NCBI GenBank assembly: GCA_036676475.1
Contig: JAKFCU010000028.1
Location: forward strand, 5,867 to 69,866
Direction of reading: 5' to 3'
DNA from: Brevibacillus sp.
Lineage (GTDB): Bacteria; Bacillota; Bacilli; Aneurinibacillales; RAOX-1
DNA: 64,000 nucleotides
Shown here piece by piece: positions 40,928 to 50,830 of the stretch; position 1 is the stretch's first letter, and each line of letters opens with the position of its first letter. Position numbers and translations under genes: made by a program. The notes below the pieces were generated by a model. That model worked only from the letters and a program-made list of their open reading frames with translations. It ran no database searches and had not been told where the DNA came from.

Positions 40928-41776
40928 TTATTTGTTCATAAGGCGTTGCAAGACTAAGCTTCGCATCAGATCAATGGGAGGCCTGTGGCCTGTCCATAAT
41001 TCAAATGCAAGTGCTCCTTGATGCACAAACATACCGACCCCATTGTGGATTTTTGCGCCTTTTGCTTCTGCAGCAAGCAAGAGTTTTGTCTGAATCGGAT
41101 TATAAATAAGATCACTCACTAAAAGCCCACTATGCAGCTGTTTCTCTGAAATGGGCATCTCATCAATCTGGGGAACCATTCCAATGGATGTGGTATTTAC
41201 TACAAGGTCGATTTCCTTAAGATCAATCCGTTCCAAGTCACCCAGTGACATGGCCTTACAGGGAACATGATTGGAGATATGCCGAGCCAGTACTTCCGCC
41301 TTATCCACAGATCGATTGGCAATGACCATATGGCTAACACCTCTTCTTGCCAAGGAAATACCAACAGCTCTGGCCGCTCCGCCAGCACCAAGAACTAAAA
41401 CCCGTTTTTCCTCCACTGAAATCTGGGATTCTTCTAATAGCGATTGAATAAAACCACGTCCATCCGTATTATATCCAATCAGCTTGCCGTTATCGTTAAC
41501 AACCGTATTGATAGCACCAATATCCAGGGCTTCCTCATCGATTTCGTCTAAATACTCCATAATGGCAACCTTATGTGGAATGGTCACATTGACTCCGCGA
41601 AAAGAAAGGGCCCGAATGCCTTCCACCGCTTGTCTAAGATTATCCTGGGAAACGGCAAAAGCAGCAGAAGCATAATTTAGACCAAGCTGCTTATAGGCTG
41701 CATTGTGCATAACTGGTGTCAGGGATTGTCTAATCGGATTCCCAAAAACGCCTGTCATTATGGTCTGACTATCCAT
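40928..41776 (-). CDS. aroE: Shikimate dehydrogenase
   Basis: 282 aa (GNPIRQSLTPVMHN, NVTIPHK, GAGGAARA). Confidence 0.9.
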   Translation of the reverse strand: MDSQTIMTGVFGNPIRQSLTPVMHNAAYKQLGLNYASAAFAVSQDNLRQAVEGIRALSFRGVNVTIPHKVAIMEYLDEIDEEALDIGAINTVVNDNGKLIGYNTDGRGFIQSLLEESQISVEEKRVLVLGAGGAARAVGISLARRGVSHMVIANRSVDKAEVLARHISNHVPCKAMSLGDLERIDLKEIDLVVNTTSIGMVPQIDEMPISEKQLHSGLLVSDLIYNPIQTKLLLAAEAKGAKIHNGVGMFVHQGALAFELWTGHRPPIDLMRSLVLQRLMNK

Positions 41777-41802
41777 ATCTCTTTCTCCTCTCCTTATCTT
41801 AT

Positions 41803-42921
41803 CTATATCAATGCTTTTCTAACTATGACGGATACCCCTTCCGGTGCATAAACATCCATATAAGCTCCGATTTGTCCAATAGTGATCCAGCCAAGCCCTG
41901 AAATGACAATATCTTGTTTCTCCCCAGGAACGATTCTGAAGGAATGCCTTTTCAACGGAGGCAATCGCTTGACTTCTTCTCCCGTAGGCGGAGAGAGGAT
42001 CTCTGTTCCCAAATGGGTCCGATATAATTCATCTGCTTTTTCCAACTTGGTACGATGGATATTCATGCGGTTAGAAGCATAAACCACCAAGGGCTGTCGA
42101 TCTCCTCGCACAAAATCGATTCGAGCCATCCCCCCCAAAAACAGGGTTTGTTTATCATTCAATTGGAATACCTTGGGATTAATACGTTTCTCTGGGGAAA
42201 TCAATTTCAAATCCTCAGGAGCCACCATATGAACAATTTGGTCTTTATTAATGATGCCAGGTGTATCGAACATGGAGGTATGATCATCGATTGGAATTTC
42301 AATCATATCCAGGGTTGTACCAGGAAATCTGGAAGTGGTAAGCTCAACATCCACCTCTCCATACTGCTTAAGCAAGCTATTTATTAATGTCGATTTTCCT
42401 ACATTAGTTGCCCCTACAATATAGACATCCTGCTTCTTGCGATATGTAGACATAGCCTCCACTAACCGTTCCATTCCGTTTCCGCTTTTGGCGCTGCAAA
42501 GAACCACATCTACTGGCTTTAAGCCAAGCTGCTTCGCCTCATACTTCATCCAATTGACCAAACGATTTGGGTTGATCGCTTGAGGAAGCAAATCAAGCTT
42601 ATTCCCTACCAATAAAATAGGATTGCTGCCAACAAAACGATGAAGCCCCTTCAGCCAGCTTCCATTAAAATCAAAAATGTCAACGACTTTAACCACCAAG
42701 GCTTTAGTTGACCCAATGCCATTAAGTATCCGGATAAAATCATCATCATCCATAGATACTTGAGCGACTTCATTATAATGTATAATTCGAAAACAGCGCT
42801 GACAGATGAGCTTTTCCTTTTCCAGTGCACTTTGAGGTGCATACCCTTGTCTTTGTTCGTTTTCGGTTTGGATGATAACGCCGCATCCGGCGCAGTGTCT
42901 TGCTTCTGTTAATGCTGTCAT
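41803..42921 (-). CDS. yqeH: Ribosome biogenesis GTPase YqeH
   Basis: N-terminal CxxC...CxxC finger and circularly permuted GTPase motifs (GNKLD, GATNVGKST). ATG 42921 lies 9 nt after GGGAGGA. Confidence 0.85.
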   Translation of the reverse strand: MTALTEARHCAGCGVIIQTENEQRQGYAPQSALEKEKLICQRCFRIIHYNEVAQVSMDDDDFIRILNGIGSTKALVVKVVDIFDFNGSWLKGLHRFVGSNPILLVGNKLDLLPQAINPNRLVNWMKYEAKQLGLKPVDVVLCSAKSGNGMERLVEAMSTYRKKQDVYIVGATNVGKSTLINSLLKQYGEVDVELTTSRFPGTTLDMIEIPIDDHTSMFDTPGIINKDQIVHMVAPEDLKLISPEKRINPKVFQLNDKQTLFLGGMARIDFVRGDRQPLVVYASNRMNIHRTKLEKADELYRTHLGTEILSPPTGEEVKRLPPLKRHSFRIVPGEKQDIVISGLGWITIGQIGAYMDVYAPEGVSVIVRKALI

Positions 42922-42926
42922 CCGAT

Positions 42927-43454
42927 CTAATCCTCCCATGTTATCAACCCTTTTTTCCTTAACCAGGATAGGGCTATTCGTTCCAAACGGCGATTGAAGC
43001 GGGTAAAAAAACCGTCCGTTTGGGCAACTGGCACCACTAAGATGGTGTATAGACCTGAACGGTTTCCGCCTAAAACATCTGTAAACATTTGATCTCCAAT
43101 CACCACGATTTCCTCTGGAGACAATCCTAACCGCAGAATACCGTCCTGAAATGGGGCTCTTGTCGGCTTCTTTGCAGCGTGAATATAAGGAATACCTAAG
43201 GGATCTGCAAAAGCGGAAACACGCACCTGATTATTATTCGATACCACGATGACTTGGAAGCCTTCCTGCTTTAACCGATTTAACCATTCCATCAGCTGTG
43301 GCGTTGCATTGGGACGATCCCATTCAATCAACGTATTATCAAGATCCGCAATAATTCCCTTTACTCCGCGTTGTTTCAACGCTTGTATATCGATATCATA
43401 AATCGAATACACGTGTAAATCAGGAATCAAATTTTTTAACCACATGGCCTCCAC
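42927..43454 (-). CDS. yqeG: YqeG-family HAD IIIA phosphatase
   Basis: DLDNTL and GDQMFTDV motifs. Confidence 0.8.
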   Translation of the reverse strand: MEAMWLKNLIPDLHVYSIYDIDIQALKQRGVKGIIADLDNTLIEWDRPNATPQLMEWLNRLKQEGFQVIVVSNNNQVRVSAFADPLGIPYIHAAKKPTRAPFQDGILRLGLSPEEIVVIGDQMFTDVLGGNRSGLYTILVVPVAQTDGFFTRFNRRLERIALSWLRKKGLITWED

Positions 43455-43551
43455 CTCGCCATTACTTGTCTATTTTCTGCATATTTTTTCGGAGTTGCAT
43501 CTCCTCTATACATAAACGCAAAAGATCATAAAAGACGAAAAAACTGCGGAC

Positions 43552-44121
43552 TTAAGCCGACAGTTCACTAGAGAAGGATGATAGCACCATTACAATGAGA
43601 TCATCAAAAAGATCAGCATTAAACGGTCTTTGATAGTATAGCTCAACGATGTTTACGTTGGTGAAGGGAAATCGGGTCAATGCCATAAATTTAATGGCTG
43701 CATGGCTAGGATTCTCGATTCCCATTCTCTCAAAAAATGAAATCAGCCTATTATTGAGGGAAATATAGTGGGGCCTTATCACTTCATCAAACCGTTCCGT
43801 TTCCAGCGTGATTTCTCTCATGACAATTCTCGAAGAATCAAAATTGGAATACATATATTCAATATTATTTCTGGTTAAGTTGCAAATGGCATCTTTTTTA
43901 TTCAATATGGGTCCATCTAATATAGGATAAAGGCACTCAGATAATCCTAAATAGAATTGATCTGCAATACGATGAAGAATTCCAATTTTATTGTGAAAAT
44001 AGTACGAGATGGAACCAATATTGACATTCGCTTCTGAAGCTATCTTTCTAACGGATACGTAATCATAGCCGTATTTAGCAAACAGTAAGCGTGAAGAATC
44101 TAAAATTTCCTGCTCAGACAT
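43552..44121 (-). CDS. TetR/AcrR family transcriptional regulator
   Basis: N-terminal TetR HTH (LFAKYGYDYVSVRKIASEANVNIGSISYYF). Confidence 0.8.
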   Translation of the reverse strand: MSEQEILDSSRLLFAKYGYDYVSVRKIASEANVNIGSISYYFHNKIGILHRIADQFYLGLSECLYPILDGPILNKKDAICNLTRNNIEYMYSNFDSSRIVMREITLETERFDEVIRPHYISLNNRLISFFERMGIENPSHAAIKFMALTRFPFTNVNIVELYYQRPFNADLFDDLIVMVLSSFSSELSA

Positions 44122-44291
44122 GTTGTCACTCCCTTCGGCTTAAATTTGTCTATTTTCACGGGGTTCATTTTTACTGCTATACAAGAAGAATATAAATCAA
44201 AACTCATTATAGCCCATCTATACTATTTGGTATATACTTTACCCCAAATCTTAGATAGTTAGCCTAATCCTGACGTAGAAAGAAAGGATAG

Positions 44292-44311
44292 AAAAACCAG
44301 GCAAAGCCTGG
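44292..44311 (-). terminator. Terminator of zur
   Basis: On the minus strand, CCAGGC-TTT-GCCTGG is followed by TTTTT. Confidence 0.6.
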
Positions 44312-44322
44312 CTGCAACGTTG

Positions 44323-44736
44323 CTATCCTTCACATTGACTGCAATAACCATAAATTTCAAATTTATGCCCTGTAATGGTGAAATCATCCAGATTCCCAAA
44401 CATTCCATCTAATGGACAAGCTTTTACATGCTTTGTTTTCCCGCAACGCAAGCAGATTAAATGATGGTGATGACTTGTTTCACTGCATTGGAAACGGTAT
44501 TTCCTTTCCCCATTCAGCTCGGTATCCTCGAGAATTCCCAAATCCGCAAAGAGTGAAAGGTTTCGATAGATCGTGTCAAAGCTAAGATTCGGATATTCAT
44601 CCTTCATAAGATCAAGCAAATCTTTAGCCGACATATATCTCTTCTCTTTTGCAAAAATACGAATCATCTCTTCCCTTTTACCGGTATATTTGTACCCCTC
44701 ATTCTTGAGAAGCTCCAACGCTTGATCCAGATTCAT
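44323..44736 (-). CDS. zur: Fur-family zinc uptake regulator
   Basis: Close match by eye to B. subtilis Zur (LSFDTIYRNLSL, HHHHLICLRCGKT, GHKFEIYGYC). Confidence 0.8.
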   Translation of the reverse strand: MNLDQALELLKNEGYKYTGKREEMIRIFAKEKRYMSAKDLLDLMKDEYPNLSFDTIYRNLSLFADLGILEDTELNGERKYRFQCSETSHHHHLICLRCGKTKHVKACPLDGMFGNLDDFTITGHKFEIYGYCSQCEG

Positions 44737-44887
44737 TTGAAAATTCCCCTTCCAATTGCTTATCCTCTATTTTATCAGAGCCGTAAATGGAAGGTCAATT
44801 TAACATCCCAAGTATCCGCTTTATGCGAACCTCTTTTGAATAAAAAGAAAGACCCCGTTTTTTCACCAGGATCTTTCTCATGTATAT

Positions 44888-45010
44888 CTATTCATCATTC
44901 GACTTTTCTTTATTCGTTACATCTGTACTTACACGGCAGTCTTCACATATCCAATGGTCATTGGGTTGTCCGTCTTTTACCGTTTTATTACAGGATTCAC
45001 ATGTTGGCAT
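44888..45010 (-). CDS. Small zinc-ribbon protein (40 aa), below the ORF-track cutoff
   Basis: GGAGGTG, 6-nt spacer, ATG. Translates to MPTCESCNKTVKDGQPNDHWICEDCRVSTDVTNKEKSNDE* (CxxC-N14-CxxC). A hairpin plus T-run lies downstream. Confidence 0.5.
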   Translation of the reverse strand: MPTCESCNKTVKDGQPNDHWICEDCRVSTDVTNKEKSNDE

Positions 45011-45135
45011 TGGAATCACCTCCGTTAGATATTAATATTATCTTAACTTATCTACTCTTGTATGGCAGTGATTTAATTCACACGAAAAGCCCCATCCGAT
45101 TATCTTGGATAGGACTATGAGATACCCACTCGATT

Positions 45136-45846
45136 TTATCTGGCCTTCGTCGCCGATTTCCGATAGAACTCATTAAACAGCTTCATCAAAGCTCTCTTTT
45201 CGATCCGTGATACATAGGAACGGGAAATTCCTAATTCTTTTGCTATCTCCCGCTGCGTCTTTTCCTCCTGCGTCTCCAAACCAAATCGTCCAATAATCAC
45301 TTCTTTTTCCCGGTCATCCAATACATGAATATGCTTGTAGATCTTACTCTTCTCGATCTGCAGCTGAACCTTGTCGATGACTTCATTCACGTCCGTCCCT
45401 AAAACGTCAATGAGACTAATTTCATTTCCTTCCTTATCGGTTCCGATTGGATCATGCAAAGATACATCTTTTTTCGTCTTCTTCAAAGACCTTAAATGCA
45501 TTAAAATTTCATTTTCGATACAGCGGGCTGCATAAGTAGCCAACTTCGTACCCTTATTGGTTTGATAACTTTCGATTGCCTTAATCAGGCCGATCGTCCC
45601 AATAGAAATTAAATCCTCACTGTCTTCCCCTGTGTTTTCAAACTTCTTCACGATATGCGCGACCAGCCGAAGATTATGCTCGATCAGCATATTTCTTGCA
45701 TAGTCATCCCCTTGTTCCATCTGCTTTAAGAATTTTAGTTCTTCATCTTCCGGAAGGGGTTGAGGGAAGGCGTTATTTTTTATATAAGAGATAAAAAGAA
45801 CCAGCTCTTTTACCAATAAAGAGATGGCTGTCAACAATCCAGGCAT
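45136..45846 (-). CDS. sigK: Sporulation sigma factor SigK (uninterrupted, with pro-sequence)
   Basis: Near-colinear by eye with B. subtilis SigK ([57 protein letters not shown]). Confidence 0.9.
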   Translation of the reverse strand: MPGLLTAISLLVKELVLFISYIKNNAFPQPLPEDEELKFLKQMEQGDDYARNMLIEHNLRLVAHIVKKFENTGEDSEDLISIGTIGLIKAIESYQTNKGTKLATYAARCIENEILMHLRSLKKTKKDVSLHDPIGTDKEGNEISLIDVLGTDVNEVIDKVQLQIEKSKIYKHIHVLDDREKEVIIGRFGLETQEEKTQREIAKELGISRSYVSRIEKRALMKLFNEFYRKSATKAR

Positions 45847-45921
45847 AGGCTTTCACCTCCAACACGATTAAGGGAACTGTTATAATCCTATGCGAAGGTG
45901 AATTTGTCCGTGCCTGTACGC

Positions 45922-47754
45922 CTAATTATTATATTCAATTAAATTTTTAGCCTGCTCTTCCTGGAAAGCCAAGTGGTCCATAATTTTTTTAACTACAGGG
46001 AGCACCTTATTCCTTGAAGAGCTATCAACCTGTTCGGCTACTACGGCCACAACGTATTGAGGATGATCCGCGGGACCGTATCCGATAAACCATTGATTAT
46101 TTTTTCCTGAAACAGGGGTCTGTGCCGTTCCCGTTTTTCCTGCTAGCTTCCATTTTGCATCCTGCAGGACTTTTGCTGTACCATTCTGTACAACTAACTC
46201 CAACATTCTCCTCAGCTGAAAGGCTGTATAGCGATCGAGCTTTTCACCCGGAAGGTCCGCTTCATCAAAGGAATAAAAGAGCGAACCCGTTCTATAACGA
46301 ATTTCTTTCACTACCCGTACCTCTTGCTTTTCTCCGTCATTGACAATCGTAGCGATCATATTGGCCGCCTGCAGAGGAGTAATTTGCACATCTCTTTGAC
46401 CGATGGCAGTCTGAATCAGAACCCCTTCATCATTTTTCGCTGTCCCCTTGGAAAAAATTTGCCCCTTATCTTCACCAGACAATTGCTGGAACGACTTTAT
46501 TTTAAAGAACGGAGCTTCACGCCACCCAACAGGCTGAGTTAATCCCAATTTTTCTGCATAATCCTCCAACTTTTCGGGAGAAATTCGAAGAATGGCTTTG
46601 GCAAACGCAATATTACAGGATTGGGCAAAAGCCTCCTCAAACGTCAATACCCCATGTCCGCCTTCCTTCCAGCAGGAGAAGCCATATTTCCCATAATGAC
46701 CTTCACAAACAAATTCCTCGTCCGGCTTTACTATCCCTTCCTCCAAGACAGCAGCAGCGATAGCTGTTTTAAATACGGAGCCTGGTACTGTTTGCTTAAT
46801 TGCATGATTCACCCAATTCCCCTGAGCTACATCCATTTTTGATGGATGGAACCCAGGGCGGCTCGCCATGGCCAATATCTCCCTGGTCTGAGCGTCCAAG
46901 ATGACAGCAGTCCCTGTATCGATCCCTTCCTCTGCCAACCATTTTTCCGCCTCACCTTGAAGTTCGTGATCGATCGTTGTTATGAGAGACAGCGGATAAA
47001 AGGGATTATCCTGCTGTATCAAACGCGCTTCCAACCCATTCAGGGGGTTTCCTTTTCCATCTACGAAGTATGATACCGAAGTGGGACCTACCCCCTGAAG
47101 AAAGCGATCAAAGCTTCTTTCCAATCCCGATGCGCCTATTAAGCTTTTCCTCGTTAATTCTCCGTTCTTTAATTCCTCGGCATATTCCTTCTCGATATAT
47201 TCGGGGTTTTGGCTAATGTAACCGATTAGTTGGGCGGCCACCCCATCGGTTTGATATCTTTCCGTAATGGGCAGAGCAAGTATTCCGGGCAGGCGCAACT
47301 GATCGACTGCCTCAGCATCCTGATCATATAAAGAAATAATCTTGCCCTCCCTGTTTCGGACAAATGTAGGCTCCTTCACTTCCCTGATAAAATGAAGCAA
47401 TTCATCCTTGTCAATGTCGAGCCTATTGGCCATGGATGCCACTTTTTCCTCATCCACATACCCCCGGACTAAGGGAAACACAGCCACTCCTACAACCTCG
47501 CTGCCGGTCAGAGGTTTGCCATTTCGATCCTTGATATCCCCACGTCCCGTATGTAGAACCACTTCTTGCTTTCGCTGTGAAACGGCCTCCTCTATTAGGT
47601 TTACCTCATGCTTGGAGAATTTCTTTACATCAAGAATCTGAATCCACAGGAGCCTCGACAGAATGCCGCCCCATAAAAGAACGAGCAGGATGAGCACAAA
47701 AAATATTCTTCGTTTATTTGAATTGTATACTTCCGATTTAGACAAAAAGAACAC
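45922..47754 (-). CDS. Class B penicillin-binding protein (transpeptidase; PbpI/YrrR-like by position)
   Basis: 610 aa with an N-terminal TM, SxxK (SVFK) and KTG (AGKTGTA) motifs. Confidence 0.8.
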   Translation of the reverse strand: MFFLSKSEVYNSNKRRIFFVLILLVLLWGGILSRLLWIQILDVKKFSKHEVNLIEEAVSQRKQEVVLHTGRGDIKDRNGKPLTGSEVVGVAVFPLVRGYVDEEKVASMANRLDIDKDELLHFIREVKEPTFVRNREGKIISLYDQDAEAVDQLRLPGILALPITERYQTDGVAAQLIGYISQNPEYIEKEYAEELKNGELTRKSLIGASGLERSFDRFLQGVGPTSVSYFVDGKGNPLNGLEARLIQQDNPFYPLSLITTIDHELQGEAEKWLAEEGIDTGTAVILDAQTREILAMASRPGFHPSKMDVAQGNWVNHAIKQTVPGSVFKTAIAAAVLEEGIVKPDEEFVCEGHYGKYGFSCWKEGGHGVLTFEEAFAQSCNIAFAKAILRISPEKLEDYAEKLGLTQPVGWREAPFFKIKSFQQLSGEDKGQIFSKGTAKNDEGVLIQTAIGQRDVQITPLQAANMIATIVNDGEKQEVRVVKEIRYRTGSLFYSFDEADLPGEKLDRYTAFQLRRMLELVVQNGTAKVLQDAKWKLAGKTGTAQTPVSGKNNQWFIGYGPADHPQYVVAVVAEQVDSSSRNKVLPVVKKIMDHLAFQEEQAKNLIEYNN

Positions 47755-47802
47755 CCCCAGACATCACCATTGTTGCCTGAAAAAGGGGTGTTCATTCTCT
47801 TT

Positions 47803-49068
47803 TTATTTTTGCTTACGCATCATATCCCATGGACGCACTGGCTGATCGACCTTCAGCTTTACGATCATCAAAGGATGAGGTGCTTTCTCAATTTCCTTAC
47901 CCTCCTCATTCCACATTTCCTTCACTGTTTGCCGGAAGAATAGGCCACCTGGCCCAAAAAACTCAACCTGCTGTCCAAGTTTAAAGTGATTTCGCTGTTG
48001 AATCGAAGCAATCTGGTTATCCGTATCATAATCCAAGACTAACCCTGCAAAATCATATTCTGTCTGTTCTGCTGCTTCTCCGTACAAATGATCCTCTGTA
48101 CCAGGGACACCAAAGAAAAATCCAGTCGTGGTGGAGCGGTGAGCAGCCTTGTAGACTTCATCTACCCACTCCTGTTTCAGCTCGTAGCCGTCTGGATCTG
48201 CACAGTAAGCATCAATCGCTTGGCGGTAAGCATTGACTACCGTGGCCACGTAGTGGACACTCTTCATGCGACCTTCAATCTTTAAGGAATCAATACCCGA
48301 ATCCACAATTTCAGGAATATGTTCAATCATGGCCAGATCCTTCGAGCTAAAGCTGAATGGATCCTCCCCTTCGGAAAAGAGCGGATTTCCCTCATTTTGC
48401 TGTCCCGGATTCTCAAACATATCATAGCTCCAGCGGCAAGAGTGGCAACATCCTCCCCGATTGGAATCGCGCGCGGTCATATGATTCGATAGGACGCATC
48501 GTCCGGAATATGCCGGACACATGGCTCCATGAATAAATTGTTCAATTTCTACATCCACGTGCTGCTTGATTTCACGAATTTCTTCAAAGGAAACCTCGCG
48601 GGCCAACACGACCCGAGCGATTCCCTCTTCTTTCCAAAATTGCACAGATTGCCAATTAGTTGTAGATGCTTGGGTGCTTAAGTGAACTTCCAGATGGGGC
48701 GCTCCCCTTTTGCAACTCTCAATCAACGCAGGATCAGCTACGATAACCGCATCAATCCCCACTTCATACAGCTTGGCGAAAAATTCCTCAACACCTTGCA
48801 AATCTTCATTGTGGGCGATAATATTAGCCGCCACATAGATCTTCGCGCCATGAGCATGGGCAATCTCTGCGCCTTCCCTCATCTCATCATAACTGAAGTT
48901 ATCTGCATTCGCCCTCAAGCTAAACATCTGAGCACCGATATATACAGCATCCGCCCCATAATGTACCGCTATTTTTAGTTTTTCCAAATTTCCGGCTGGA
49001 GCTAATACTTCTGGCTTTTTCAGAATCGGGCCACGTTTGGTTTTTTCATTTATCTCCATCGTTTCCAA
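47803..49068 (-). CDS. yrrO: Peptidase U32 family protein (YrrO-like; tRNA ho5U34 pathway in B. subtilis)
   Basis: 421 aa, U32 family. Gene order yrrO-yrrN-yrrM is conserved. Confidence 0.8.
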   Translation of the reverse strand: METMEINEKTKRGPILKKPEVLAPAGNLEKLKIAVHYGADAVYIGAQMFSLRANADNFSYDEMREGAEIAHAHGAKIYVAANIIAHNEDLQGVEEFFAKLYEVGIDAVIVADPALIESCKRGAPHLEVHLSTQASTTNWQSVQFWKEEGIARVVLAREVSFEEIREIKQHVDVEIEQFIHGAMCPAYSGRCVLSNHMTARDSNRGGCCHSCRWSYDMFENPGQQNEGNPLFSEGEDPFSFSSKDLAMIEHIPEIVDSGIDSLKIEGRMKSVHYVATVVNAYRQAIDAYCADPDGYELKQEWVDEVYKAAHRSTTTGFFFGVPGTEDHLYGEAAEQTEYDFAGLVLDYDTDNQIASIQQRNHFKLGQQVEFFGPGGLFFRQTVKEMWNEEGKEIEKAPHPLMIVKLKVDQPVRPWDMMRKQK

Positions 49069-49085
49069 CGCTTTTTCACCTCTAT

Positions 49086-50024
49086 TTAAAAAACTAATTC
49101 TTTAAAGTAAAACCCAGTGGAAAGCGGGCGATTAGGATCCTGCTTCTCTTCAATATTCTGCAACATCTGATCTACTTGCTCATAGTAGGTGTCTGGATCT
49201 TCTGCATATAAATCGATAGCTGACCGATAAGCCTTTACCACGGCAACATTATATTCCACTGATTTTAATAAACCTTCAATTCTCATGCTGTCCACACCAT
49301 GGTCCATTAAATCATCCAAATTCTCAATGATACAAATATCCTCACTGCTCATAATGTGCGTACCGTTTTGATCCTCATAAATCGGATAAGCAATGTCCTC
49401 CCGCTTCTCTTCCCGCAGATAGAGTCCCCGGTCCATATGCTTTAATTCTTTGCACGCATCTTTCCCCTGATGTTCAAAATAGGAGTGAACAAGCGGGCGC
49501 TTAGAATGGAAAATACAGGAGATGCCATGAACCTGAACCCCAATTTCGATATCCGTTTCGTCCTTGATGGCTAAAATTTCGTCCATATTCAACTCACGGG
49601 ATAGCCATGCGCGCTTGATCCCTTTTGAAGCCCAATAATTTACCGTATGTGCACTCGTTGCAATGATCTCCGGATTCCAATGAAGCACAAGTTCAGAAGC
49701 TGTCACTCTTGTTGACATGAGAACAGCAGGATCTGCATATTCAATGCCGTCCACTCCCATACCGGATAGCTTCTTTAGAAAGTCATCAAGCCCCTCTAGC
49801 TTCTTGTTGTGAAAGAGAGTGTTAACCGCTACATAAAGCTTTTTCCCTCTTTCATGAACGAGAGAGATAGCCTGCTCCATTTCTTCGAGTGTAAAGCTGC
49901 CGGGCAAACGCAAGCCGAATGGATCCTGGCCAATCACAATAGCATCTGCCCCTGCTTCTAAAAATTGATTCAACTCATCTATACTTCCAGCCGTTATAAG
50001 CAATTCAGGCTTTTTCATCCTCAT
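49086..50024 (-). CDS. yrrN: Peptidase U32 family protein (YrrN-like)
   Basis: 312 aa, U32 family paralog adjacent to yrrO. Confidence 0.8.
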   Translation of the reverse strand: MRMKKPELLITAGSIDELNQFLEAGADAIVIGQDPFGLRLPGSFTLEEMEQAISLVHERGKKLYVAVNTLFHNKKLEGLDDFLKKLSGMGVDGIEYADPAVLMSTRVTASELVLHWNPEIIATSAHTVNYWASKGIKRAWLSRELNMDEILAIKDETDIEIGVQVHGISCIFHSKRPLVHSYFEHQGKDACKELKHMDRGLYLREEKREDIAYPIYEDQNGTHIMSSEDICIIENLDDLMDHGVDSMRIEGLLKSVEYNVAVVKAYRSAIDLYAEDPDTYYEQVDQMLQNIEEKQDPNRPLSTGFYFKELVF

Positions 50025-50659
50025 TCACCTTTCTTTACCGAAAACGTTAATCCATCCCCAATCGGGATCATAGAAGTTTCCAAGTCAGGGTGCCCCATAA
50101 TATAATCATTGAAGTCACGCAGCTTTTTAATCATGGGAGCCCATCTTTTATTCTCGACTTTATCTTCCACAACCAATCCCTTAAACAGGATATTGTCACA
50201 GATCACAATCCCTCCTGGTTCAAGATGAGGAAGATATAAGTCCAAATAGGCTTGATACTGCCCCTTCGCCGCATCAAGAAAAAGGCAATCGAACCGATAA
50301 TGGGAGGGAAGTCCATCCCCGGCATCACCGGCAATCAGTTCAATCCGTTCACGCACCCCAGCCACTTCAAAATTAGCAATGGCTCTCTTGATCCGTTCAC
50401 AATCAATTTCCATCGTTGTAATTCTGGCCATGGGGGATGCTTCTGCAAGCCAAATCGCGGAATATCCAATTGCTGTTCCGATTTCCAGTATTCGTTTCGG
50501 CTTATAGGCCAAAAGAAGAGTATGAATCAATTGTATACTTGAAAGCTGAATGATTGGGATTTTCTCTTCTTTTGCCTCTTCTTCCAAGCGAGCCAACAAG
50601 GGACTTCTTGGTGGAATTAACTCTTCTATATAGTTATTAATCGAATCATTTGTAATCAT
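50021..50659 (-). CDS. yrrM: Class I O-methyltransferase (YrrM/TrmR-like)
   Basis: ATG 50659 lies 9 nt after AGGAGA. The longer track ORF would read through repeat copy 7. O-methyltransferase family 3 motifs (ILEIGTAIGYS). Confidence 0.8.
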   Translation of the reverse strand: MITNDSINNYIEELIPPRSPLLARLEEEAKEEKIPIIQLSSIQLIHTLLLAYKPKRILEIGTAIGYSAIWLAEASPMARITTMEIDCERIKRAIANFEVAGVRERIELIAGDAGDGLPSHYRFDCLFLDAAKGQYQAYLDLYLPHLEPGGIVICDNILFKGLVVEDKVENKRWAPMIKKLRDFNDYIMGHPDLETSMIPIGDGLTFSVKKGE

Positions 50660-50692
50660 AAAAAGACATCTCCTGTGCCGTTCCTTTTCCCA

Positions 50693-50744
50693 TAAGAAAG
50701 CTACTGGCGTAGCCTTATGCGTATAATACTTGACCGATAAGTAC
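50693..50744 (+). repeat. ~52-nt two-hairpin intergenic repeat (copy 7)
   Basis: TAAGAAAGCTACTGGCGTAGCCTTATGCGTATAATACTTGACCGATAAGTAC. Confidence 0.9.
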
Positions 50745-50830
50745 CCTTTCAATGTCTAGCTGTCCCCATGTTATGGGTGGGAATTCATCCAAAGGACCTA
50801 ATTTATCTTATCATAGTAATATGGGATTTA

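Noticed and set aside
45136-45846. Checked sigK for a skin-like intervening element or a split gene.
   Set aside because: The ORF is continuous and colinear with full-length pro-SigK. No recombinase or insertion is present.
50660-50752. N-terminal extension of the yrrM ORF.
   Set aside because: The extra 31 codons are a translation of repeat copy 7. ATG 50659 has a proper AGGAGA RBS.
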